Origin: Schizochytrium sp. TIO01
Lineage: Eukaryota > Protista > Bigyra: Labyrinthulomycetes
Direction of reading: 5' to 3'
NCBI GenBank assembly: GCA_004764695.1
Contig: SMSO01000037.1
Location: 3,014,747-3,078,746 of the forward strand
Length of the DNA: 64,000 nucleotides
The number at the start of each line of letters is the position of its first letter. Positions within the stretch are counted from its first letter, which is position 1. Under the pieces are notes generated by a model. The model made no database searches and had not been told where the DNA came from. It saw only the letters and a program-made list of their open reading frames with translations. A program made the position numbers and the translations under genes. Shown piece by piece: positions 32,660 through 42,369 of this stretch.

Positions 32660-34180
32660 TCACAATGAAAGTTTGGGTGTTCGGCGGCTACGCGCCTGCA
32701 TAATAAGTGGTAACAGAAAAGCAGCCTCCTGAGCAATATCTTGATCCCAATCATCATTTAGTTGCGGTGAAGAATTGACAACAGAGTAGTCGGGATTATT
32801 GGCTTGGGCGTTCAAAGAGGAGGAAGATTGTGATGGTCTGATAAGACTCCGAGGTGACAAAGAGTAATCCCTTGGTATAATTACACTTGAAGAAGAGGAG
32901 CTCGATGAGGATGAAGATGAGGATGAGGATGGCAACAAAGAAGAGGCCATAGGGGGTGATGCTCGATCTGATCTAGACGACAGAGTGTAAGATTCGCCAA
33001 GACTTTGCACGAGAGGCCTGGGACGCTTTGCACCAGGATTTTCTCGGTCCCCAGACGTGGAAACAAGGGTCCGTTTTTTAGCAGCCAGAGCAAGCCGTGC
33101 GGCCACAGCCTTTCGTCTTTCTTCCTCCGCTGCCTTTTGTTGCTGCTGTTGTTGTACAATAACAGATTCTGGTGTTGGCAAAGGTGGCTCATCAGAATCA
33201 TCTTGTTGTGTCTGTAAAAGCTGCTGTTGTTGCTGTCCCAAATTGTTTTTTGGGGTTGTTTTAGAAGAGTGTTTAAGTGCTAACGATTGTGTTTCTTTTT
33301 GCTGTTGAGATTGCTGTGGTGGTTGTGTTTGAAAATGTAAAGGGCTTGATGTAGTCTTACGGGGCGGTTGTGTTGCAGAGTTCAAAAACTTGTTCCTGGA
33401 AACTTGCAGCTTCTGCTTTTGCTTCTGTTGGTGAACCTGCCGTGATTTGTTTGTTGTCAAATTAGTGTCACCATCAATCTGAGTCTGAGTGACATCGCTG
33501 CGAAGCTGTTGAGTATTATGCTGAGAAGCTGGTGTTATACTTGTTTGGGTTTGAGAGGCCTGTGGGAGTTGAGTAGCTTGCTGTGAAGTTCGCTTGGTGA
33601 CGCTTGGTGGCAACTTTGTCGCCAGTTCTAGCTGTGTTACAGAATCCATGAGTGTAATTGAAGGTCTACCCCTCTCATGAGCCTCAGATGTCTTGGATCT
33701 ACCAGACACGCCAACTCTTGCAAACTTTACCCCCATCTTTTGTTTTTGTTTTCGATCATTCGCAGCCACCAAATTCGCAACTGCTGTGCTACTGCTTTTT
33801 GAAACCATAGATTCCTTGCCAGAAGCTCCAGATTTTTTGGACTCACTGTCTGCAGAGTTTTCTACGTCCAAAATATCATCCTTTGCTCCAATTTGAGTTT
33901 CCACCCCTGAGTTTTCTATGCTATCTTCTGCGGCATCTTGGCCATCGCAACCAAGGATTAACGCGTCCTGGTCCTTTCCGTGTTCCTTGTTGGCCCCACC
34001 AATTGCCTCATCTTCGATCTGCACGAACGTCTGGCGCTCTCTTGAGACAACTGGCGTCGACGGAACGGCCCCAGGAGCCCTCACTCGCGGCTTATTCGAC
34101 TTTGCGAGCCTCGAGGTTGCCTTCATCGCGGCCCATGCCGCAAACTGTTCAGTCTTTGGAAGCGCTGTTGACCTGACCAT
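32660..34180 (-). CDS. Hypothetical low-complexity Q/S/T/K-rich protein
   Basis: 506-aa ATG-initiated ORF with polyQ and polyS tracts and no recognised domain. Head-to-head with the peptidase gene. Confidence 0.7.
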   Translation of the reverse strand: MVRSTALPKTEQFAAWAAMKATSRLAKSNKPRVRAPGAVPSTPVVSRERQTFVQIEDEAIGGANKEHGKDQDALILGCDGQDAAEDSIENSGVETQIGAKDDILDVENSADSESKKSGASGKESMVSKSSSTAVANLVAANDRKQKQKMGVKFARVGVSGRSKTSEAHERGRPSITLMDSVTQLELATKLPPSVTKRTSQQATQLPQASQTQTSITPASQHNTQQLRSDVTQTQIDGDTNLTTNKSRQVHQQKQKQKLQVSRNKFLNSATQPPRKTTSSPLHFQTQPPQQSQQQKETQSLALKHSSKTTPKNNLGQQQQQLLQTQQDDSDEPPLPTPESVIVQQQQQQKAAEEERRKAVAARLALAAKKRTLVSTSGDRENPGAKRPRPLVQSLGESYTLSSRSDRASPPMASSLLPSSSSSSSSSSSSSSSVIIPRDYSLSPRSLIRPSQSSSSLNAQANNPDYSVVNSSPQLNDDWDQDIAQEAAFLLPLIMQARSRRTPKLSL

Positions 34181-34333
34181 GTGGACTTGAGGTCATTTTT
34201 TTTAATTTTTTTTTTTGGTGAAAAATAAATTTTCATTATTCCTTTCTTCTCAAATCGAAGATACAATTACTTTGCCCACAAAACCGATTCTTCATTGTAT
34301 TCGTCTTCGCCTTTCCTCGCCTGCGTAGCAACT

Positions 34334-36676
34334 ATGAGCATCGCGAGTAGCCGCAGCCGTCGCGAGCATGTCGCTGATGCTCTCCGTACCCTGTTCCGCG
34401 CCGCTGGAGCCTCGCATGTCTCAGCAAGCGCTCGGCGCTCTGCCTGTGGAGGCGTTCTCATCGACTTGCAGCGCTCCCAGACTGATCTCGTGCGCATGAC
34501 GCGACTCAAATCCGTCTCGAGGTTTTTGTATGCCACAGAGGACTGCCACAAACTTCCGAGTTTGCCAAGCTCTGAACAGAGCGACAATACTTCCAAAGCC
34601 GGGTCCTTGCTCAAACTGGGCGTAGTTCCTGAAGAGGTGGGCGGTGTGGTCCTAGAGAGCTGGAGCCCTTTTGGAGACGCCTGCGTAAGGGTGCGCCAAG
34701 GTGCCAAGGAGGCCAAAGAGCTCTGGCTAGAGCTTTGGCGAGGCGATGTTGGACTCGAAAAGGCCACTAAAATATCTGATGCTGCTGGGAAGATTTACGA
34801 TGATGTAGTCTTTGGAGGCGTGAGCTGGAACAGAAATTGCGACAAGATTGTCTTTGTGGCCGAGGTGAACAAACCCAAGGCATATGACAATGCGTTTGAA
34901 ATCAAGAAGAAGGCTGAAAGCGATGATCCTTCTGCGGAAAAGAAGAAAAAGGACGCGGAAAAACCTTTTTGGGAGGATAAGTATGAGTACAAGGATGACT
35001 TTGGAGAAACGCTCGAGGGCAAGCAAAATCCCGGGATCTTTATGTGGGACCTTGAAGGAGAAGACAGTCAAGATGTGCGCCAGATTAAGGGCATTCCGGA
35101 CGGCCTTGTTCCGGTTCAGCCAATCTTCGATGAGTCAGGTAATGGTATCCTTTTCAGTGGTATCGACCTGCCTTTGCGTAGATTGGGATTGAACTTTTGC
35201 CTCAACAGAACCACCAAGCTATACCACATGCCCGATGTTCAGCTCAAGAGTATCGATGATCAAAAAGACTCAGAGCCCAACGTAGAATGCAAGTGTTTGA
35301 CACCGGATCTTGAGCTTGCGTTTGGTGCGCGATTTTCTGAGGATTTCTCGAGGCTTGTTTTCATGGGTCGCAAAGACCCCTTTGTAAGCCACTCCACCTG
35401 CTTTGAGCTCTACGTCATTGATATGAAGAACAATGCTGTCGTGAACACGCGCATCGCTACCACTCGCCATGGAGCATACCCAGAATCGAGTGAATTCGCA
35501 GGTCTTTATGGTTATCACATTACCTTTGCCTCCCCAGGTTTCTTGTATAAAGGCAACCGCTGGTTTCTAATGCAGTCTCCTTCTCGTGGACAAAATTGCT
35601 TGTTTCTTGTGGACCTTGATGGCCAGGATAAGGTCGCATGTGTTCCAGTTCTGGACCGTCAAGATGGTGAGTATGAGCTTCTCAAGGTTTATGATGATTT
35701 TGCTTTGGTCAGATTCTCGGCCACCTCAGTCCCTTCACAAGTTTACCTTGTTCGTTTCGGCAACGACTCTTCCCCGCTCGAGGGTATCGAAACCAGCCTT
35801 GTTGAGGATGCTGCTCCATCCCCCACACCAGATGGTCCTATCGCCAAGCTTGTGGATGGAGTACGTCAAGCAACAGTCCAACTGGAGAACGGAGCTGAAG
35901 GCTATCTTTGGCTGCCTAGTGGTGCTATTACAAAGGATCGCAATGTCCCATGCGTAGTGATGGTTCACGGAGGTCCCTTCAGTGCGTCTCCTCGTGACAC
36001 TTTTTTGATTCTGCGAAACTTCTTCCTACTTCAAGGCGTCTCCGTTTTCATTGTTAATTACCGCGGATCTATTGGCTACGGTGAGGATTTTCTCAACGCC
36101 TTAGTCGGCGAAATTGGTATTGCGGATGTCTATGACTGCGGCGAACTTGTCCGTGAAGCACTCAAGCAGCATTCTGATGTTTTGGACCCAGCCCGCGTTG
36201 CTGTCTATGGTGGCTCGCATGGTGGTTTTCTGACGGGCTGGCTTGCTGGCCACCCGGAGTACAAGGACCTGTTTTGCGCAGGAGTTCTGTGGAATCCTGT
36301 TCTTAATCTGAACTACAACATCGTGGCAACTGATATTCCAGACTGGGTCCTTGGCTCTGCTGAAGGCAAGCCTATGCACCACGAGATCACTGCTGAGCAA
36401 ACAGACTTGCTCTTCAAGCGCTCACCAGCATCTGTAGCTGCGAATGTGACCATGCCTTGTTTGACCCTTCTCGGAGATTCAGACCTAAGAGTCCCACCGC
36501 ACCAAGGCGTCTACTTTCATCATCAGCTGCGCGAGCGTGGTGTTCCTTCGAAATTATACATGTTTCCAGACAGTGGCCATGCCATTGCCCCGAGTGAGCA
36601 GAATATTAACGCAGTCTTTGAGCTCATGCTCTTCTTGCATGAGCATCTGCTTCCCACGGAGTTAGAATCGAAATAA
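34334..36676 (+). CDS. APEH: Acylamino-acid-releasing enzyme (peptidase S9C)
   Basis: First ATG at 34334. IYDD..FGGVSW...KIVFVAE, Y.DDFGE, HGGP, VNYRGS.GYG; catalytic triad in GGSHGGF, DLRVP and GHAI. Confidence 0.92.
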   Translation: MSIASSRSRREHVADALRTLFRAAGASHVSASARRSACGGVLIDLQRSQTDLVRMTRLKSVSRFLYATEDCHKLPSLPSSEQSDNTSKAGSLLKLGVVPEEVGGVVLESWSPFGDACVRVRQGAKEAKELWLELWRGDVGLEKATKISDAAGKIYDDVVFGGVSWNRNCDKIVFVAEVNKPKAYDNAFEIKKKAESDDPSAEKKKKDAEKPFWEDKYEYKDDFGETLEGKQNPGIFMWDLEGEDSQDVRQIKGIPDGLVPVQPIFDESGNGILFSGIDLPLRRLGLNFCLNRTTKLYHMPDVQLKSIDDQKDSEPNVECKCLTPDLELAFGARFSEDFSRLVFMGRKDPFVSHSTCFELYVIDMKNNAVVNTRIATTRHGAYPESSEFAGLYGYHITFASPGFLYKGNRWFLMQSPSRGQNCLFLVDLDGQDKVACVPVLDRQDGEYELLKVYDDFALVRFSATSVPSQVYLVRFGNDSSPLEGIETSLVEDAAPSPTPDGPIAKLVDGVRQATVQLENGAEGYLWLPSGAITKDRNVPCVVMVHGGPFSASPRDTFLILRNFFLLQGVSVFIVNYRGSIGYGEDFLNALVGEIGIADVYDCGELVREALKQHSDVLDPARVAVYGGSHGGFLTGWLAGHPEYKDLFCAGVLWNPVLNLNYNIVATDIPDWVLGSAEGKPMHHEITAEQTDLLFKRSPASVAANVTMPCLTLLGDSDLRVPPHQGVYFHHQLRERGVPSKLYMFPDSGHAIAPSEQNINAVFELMLFLHEHLLPTELESK

Positions 36677-36730
36677 ATAGAAGATTTGTCAATCCTGTTC
36701 CTATCAACGTGGTTCATCTTATTCTTAGAA

Positions 36731-36749
36731 CCCCCCCCCCCCCCCCCCC
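36731..36749. repeat. C19 homopolymer (G19 on the minus strand)
   Basis: Read directly, about 55 nt after the APEH stop codon. Confidence 0.9.
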
Positions 36750-38146
36750 TAAGATTATTAAAATTAGCACTGGCATGGAAAATCAAACAAAACTTAGTTT
36801 GTGCAGACCCTACCTGATTGCTTTGGAGATGAAGTCAAAGCTGCTGTGTACGAAGCGTTGTAATAAGAGAGTTTAAGATAAGAACAATTTCAGAATATTG
36901 ACAAAAATATGAAATTATCTCACATTTATAAAACTTTTACTTTTGACAACAGATTTGGAGGTTCTCACTGTTGCAAATGTTGCTCGTCGGCAGCGTTATC
37001 TCAAAAAAAATAAAAAATATTAAAGTTTAAGTTTCCATTCATCATCAACTAATTATCGAAATCACCGTCACATATCATCAAATCTCAGAGATGAATTTTT
37101 CCATGATTACCTCAACTTTCTAATTTCGTATTGGCCACTTTCAAGGTAACTAACCCGACAGTGCCCATGCGCATCCCTAGGATCATACCCATTATCCTCT
37201 CGAACTACCAGTGTTGGTACTAGGTATCTAGGTACCACCTGCCTAGTATATAACTATTTTGTCAAGAAGAAGAGAATCGAGAGTTGCATCGCAGCCGCAC
37301 AATTCAACACTTGAACTTCCGGTTTCGTGCAGTTCTTTGCCGTGTGTTAGATGCACTGCAGCGAGTGCGCACCTTTAAAAAGTTAGTAACCACCTAGGAG
37401 GTTACTAGCACGAGTACGTAGCCGCAACTTCACTCCTTCAGCACAAAATGATGCGACGAGGGCGGGATACGCCAGCACTCACACAGCTTTCGTGAGAACG
37501 CGACATTCTTCAGCCTACCTGGCCTTTGGTCACCTTAGGGAGAGTAACGAGAACCGTGGTCATGCATACAGGAATCGTCAGAGTGAGGTCTTTGCTTGCA
37601 TGAAGGTTTCATGTGGCTGCAGCTTAGAACTTGATGACCTATGGAGGTATTTGCAGCGCAAATTTCTGCAACTGTTATAATTGAGCGGTGCCGAGATGCA
37701 CTCACGAAGACTCATATTGTCCATAGGATTAAACCATGAGAAGTTGTGTGTTTGATTTGCATTTATTATTTACATACGACTATAGTATTGTGAATGATTC
37801 ATGACATGTCCCTCTCAATAATAACTGAGCTTTTCTCTTCTTTTCTTTTCTTCTTCTTTCGTTCTCTTTTCTCTAAGACTATTGTTATCATAAGAGGAGT
37901 ACAAGTACCTCCTTGTGCTTATATCAGAAGAGAAGAATTGCGAAGAGACGAAAAGCTAAAGTTGCGGAAGAAGAAGTTTGGAGGACTTAATGAAACTGGG
38001 CGCAAACCACATTGTGACCTTAGCAGGCAAGGCTGAAGTCTCGGGCCTGCAATTGTCTTCTTTTTCTGACCCCTGAAAAGTTTGTAGAAACGTTGTTAGG
38101 CTTCGCTTGCGTATTCACCTAGCCTCGCAAGACTTGATTCGTCAAG

Positions 38147-39759
38147 ATGGGATCTCACGACGAGAATGCCGATGGCCTCAAGGTCGCGGAAACCCCGGTC
38201 AAGGCTCCCGAAGGAGAGACTTCCGCTTCTGCCGCCAAGCCTGTCGATAAGTCCGAAATGACTAACCTTATCGATGGCAAGAAGCTCAGTGCCGAGATCC
38301 GCAATGAGGTGCGCATCGCCGTGGAAGAGCTCATGGAGAAACATGGATTGCAGCCCGGACTTGCAGTCGTGGTTGTTGGCGACCGTCCCGACTCTGCGAC
38401 ATACGTACGTATGAAGAAAAAGGCTGCTGCTGAAGTGAACTTCTTGTCGGTCTCTATTGAGCTTGAAGAGTCTGTGAGTCAGAAGGAGATTGAGGACAAG
38501 ATTGACGAGCTCAACGCTCGCGATGACGTTCATGGCATCCTTGTGCAGCTTCCCCTTCCGGCTCATGTGGACGAGAATGCGGTGCTGAAGCGCATCAAGC
38601 TTGAGAAGGACGTTGATGGCTTTCTGGCGCAGAACATCGGCAACCTTTGCCTCCGGGGCGGAGACCCTCCCTTGGCGCTGCCCTGCACTCCTGCTGGCTG
38701 TGTGGAGCTCCTGCAGCGTTCTGGAGTTGAGTGTTCAGGAAAGCATGCTGTTGTGGTTGGTCGCAGCAACATTGTTGGCATGCCAGCTGCTCAGTTGTTG
38801 CTCTCTATGGATGCTACTGTTACCGTGGTTCACTCCAAGACTAAGAATATCGAGGAAATTGTTCGCATGGGTGATGTAAGTTAGAAGAATTGTTCTTCTC
38901 CTAAGAAGAAAGGGCGAAAGTTATGGCCAATCGACTTGCTCAAATGCTATAATTTTGAGTGAAGGACAAAACGTTTTTGAGCAGAAGATGTGGATGTGAA
39001 AATGTACAACGGAAGACAGTGGCATGGTTTTCTGGAAATGCCTGGCTACTAAATTCACACCACCACTTCAAGGATTCAGAAAGGATCCCTTTCATACATA
39101 TTGTTGTTCAAGCTCTTTGGATCGTGCTAATAAATTTGTTTCACGATTCGATTCGAGCGGGGGATTTAATGATAAAGAAAAATCGAGATGGCGGTGATTT
39201 GAGGTAATTGATGCATGCATAAAACAATGACTGACTAACTGAAAAATCGACAAAATCTTTGGTTGCACAAACGCTCAACTTTCCTACCATGTGTGTATGC
39301 TGGTAACGCACTCAAACTACTTTCGCTTATCCTCGGTTCGGATAATTCTGGATCCCAATTGATATCCTCAAAATTGCTCAATTAAACGAACGGCTTTTCG
39401 TGGTGGTATTTGCTGCTGTCAAATTGACTTGTATGTGATAAAACAATTTACAGATTGTCATTGCTGCAGTTGGACGCATGGAGTTCATCCGAGGCTCGTG
39501 GATCAAGCCGGGTGCTGTTGTGATCGACGTGGGTATCAACTCGAAACCGGACCCGAAGAAGAAGGCTGGTTACCGCCTGGTTGGAGACGTTGCATTCGAT
39601 GAGGTCCAGCCTATTGCTGGACTCATCACCCCTGTACCTGGTGGCGTTGGTCCCATGACTATTGCAATGCTCTGCAAGAACACACTCAACTTGGCGCGCC
39701 TTTCGATTGGTCTCCCGCGCATACCGCTTCGTCGTGGAGGCTCCCCTAACGATTACTAA
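38147..39759 (+). CDS. folD: Bifunctional methylenetetrahydrofolate dehydrogenase/cyclohydrolase; exons 38147-38875 and 39454-39759
   Basis: [52 protein letters not shown]. Splicing joins ...VRMGD to IVIAAVG in frame, followed by [14 protein letters not shown] and [11 protein letters not shown]. Confidence 0.96.
38876..39453 (+). other. Spliceosomal GT-AG intron (578 nt, phase 0) in folD
   Basis: Donor GAT|GTAAGT at 38876 and acceptor TTTACAG|ATT ending at 39453. Removal restores the conserved GDIVIAAVG. Confidence 0.92.
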
Positions 39760-40441
39760 ATTTGTCCACCACCTCACTGGCGTACCAAAAGAGTGCACAT
39801 TTAGGCTAGTGTAGGTAGGCCACATGGCCTGCTTACGCCTCTGGGTCCCTACATTATGTAGATAATGGCCTGGTCAGCGTTGGTCTTGGTGCTCGCTGCA
39901 ATTGCGCTACTCAAATCACAACATACACGGTGATTATGCGGACCTGTTTATCTATAGAATGCGGAGCACGACATAGATTCGGATTGTCAAAGTCCCTGGG
40001 CATTTAACCTGCTTATACGTTCCTTTTCTTTCCTAGAATACAATGCAAGTCGTAAGATGAACACTTGAGAGAGCGCGGCAAAGTCATCGATAGTTTTTCT
40101 CTCTCGCATAAGTGGTTGATACAGTGATAGATAATAGTGAGCTCCTTTTCCCGTTTGTAGTAAGGCACACGTACTTTGAAAAAGAAACCTTTTCTCGAGG
40201 TGGCGTGTGCCATGCGCCCTTCTTCGAAAGACTTTCCTGCCCAGAGCCTTGCGCTATCCAACTATACTGCTTATGAAATTTTCACCTCCTCGTTTGTGTC
40301 CTGTCTCTAAGATGCCCAAAAACATAAACTAAAAAATCTAAACTCAACACAACTCCTTGTCTCCGCTTGGCAGATAGAATCTTTGGTAATAAAAAGATAG
40401 TAGTTCAATATGTTCACCTTCGTTTTCACCATTGCGTCCTT

Positions 40442-40579
40442 GTTCAGTGCCACAGATGTTGACTACCTTCTCGGATAAACAGTCCGTCTTAAGATTCATT
40501 GGAAACAAAATAACAAACAATAATTGATTACGCAGAAGCGCAGGTGCCCTATCGCTGCTGTACGATGTTACCTGAGTTT

Positions 40580-40663
<84 letters not shown>

Positions 40664-40852
40664 AGAAACAGTAATAACAAGTTCTGCGGCACACATGCTC
40701 GGATAAACAGTCCGTCTTAAAATTCATTGGAAATAAAAAACAACAAACAATAATTGATTACGTAGAACCGCAGGAGCCCTATCGCTGCTGTGCAATTTTA
40801 CTTGAGTTTACAACCAAAAGAAAAGACAAGAAAAGGAAACAATAATAACAAG
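40442..40852 (+). repeat. Diverged tandem duplication (ctcggataaac anchors 228 nt apart); copy 1 carries (CAA)10 plus A50
   Basis: ctcggataaacagtccgtcttaa...taattgattacg...ccctatcgctgctgt...gagtttacaac is present at 40470 and again at 40698. Confidence 0.92.
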
Positions 40853-41871
40853 AACTCGTGCAGCATATTACATGCCTTGGAAAATGCTTTCCCAGAGATT
40901 GTGCCACTCATTCCATTCCAAGAAAGTTCAGGTGCGCAACCGCTCTTTGCAGAAAGTTTGGCATTTCTGCAACATCTCACCCTGTCTCGAATCAGAGCCG
41001 AACTCGTGAAGAAGGCTCTGATAATCAACGATCCATCATGCATGCAATCCCAAAGCCATCCATTTCTCCTACTACTCCATCCTCGCATCTTCCACGTATC
41101 AAACCTCAGCATCGGTACCTGCGCCAGCAGCATTACAATCACATGCAGACAGACCAGCTTCATCCTCCTCCGCCTCTACTAGGTCCCTGTACCTCTCGCT
41201 CTCACGAATGACAAGAGTTCACAAAGCCATGCGTACATTGCGGCCCTTGTGAGCGCCCAGAGGCCTTTCGTGCGTGTCAGACGAAGATCTTTGCGAGTGC
41301 TCCTTTACTAACGCACCTCCTCGCATGTTTTGGAGTGGAGTGGGCAGCTTTCTCGAGCCTCGGAAGAATCAGTTTCACCTGACCTTTCGAGGTCCTGGTT
41401 TTTACAGGTAAGCGAGTTGACGACTAACTAACTATCTAATTTCATGCATCCATCCATCTTCAGCGCCGAAGGACTCGCAGCGCAGAAGAGCAAACGAGCA
41501 AATGAGCATCGGCTTGGGCAGAAGCTGCTGCGGCCAATACGCGATAGTTGCGGGTTTTGTTGTAGTTTTGTTGTAAAACTAAGTCAACTGCGGCAGTGGA
41601 ACTACGGAAGAAACCGCCCGCACTTTGTTGTTGTTTTCACCGCAGAGCTCTCCGCAGGGTCTGTCGAAGTGGAGTTCGCGCAAGAGGAGGGCGTCTACCT
41701 AGTTGTGCCCTCATCGATCCATGCATGCATTCATGTGTGTGCGTACTGGCCGCCAACATTCTCAACACCTTCATTTCATTTCATTTCATTTCATTTCAAT
41801 CCCTTTCCTTTCGAGTCAAATTGGAGTAGGTTTTGACACAAGGCGCCGCAAGTGGAGTCAGCGCGTTCGAT

Positions 41872-41918
41872 TCAACTCAACTCAACTCAACTCAACTCAA
41901 CTCAACTCAACTCAACTC
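41872..41918. repeat. (TCAAC)n pentanucleotide repeat, with an (ATTTC)n run near 41771-41797
   Basis: Read directly. Confidence 0.85.
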
Positions 41919-42261
41919 ATTCAGTTCATTCGTCTCTATGGATTTCCTGCCGGAGTCCATATAGCTACACATCTGTGGATTACAAGCTCGAAGTCGCCTT
42001 AGACGTGCTCGCCCAAGAGGAGCGCCGTGGCGCTGTTGCGGAGACGAGAGCGATGGAACCATTTGCGCGCACTTCCTGAGGCGAACCTGGGCTTGAGTCT
42101 GCAGCAGGATCAAGCAAGGGCCCACGCTCACGCTCGCACGATTGGGAGTGAGTGGGAATCTCTACCGGTTCGGCGATGGACCGTTCAATCATGTTCCCGA
42201 TGGCGACGATTGAAGTCCGACATGCCTTGCTCGAGGCGCCTAAGAAGTGCCGCAGGCGTGG

Positions 42262-42369
42262 ATTGATGCCATTGATGCCATTGATGCCATTGATGCCATT
42301 GATGCCATTGATGCCATTGATGCCAAAGATGTCATTGATGCCAAAGATGTCATTGATGTCAAAGATGTG
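42262..42369. repeat. 9-bp minisatellite (ATTGATGCC)7 grading into an 18-bp higher-order unit
   Basis: Seven perfect 9-mers, then alternating AAAGATGTC and ATTGATG(C/T)C units. Confidence 0.92.

Noticed and set aside
40442-42369. Repeats considered as a CRISPR-like array
   Set aside because: No repeat-spacer periodicity, no cas genes, and a eukaryotic context.
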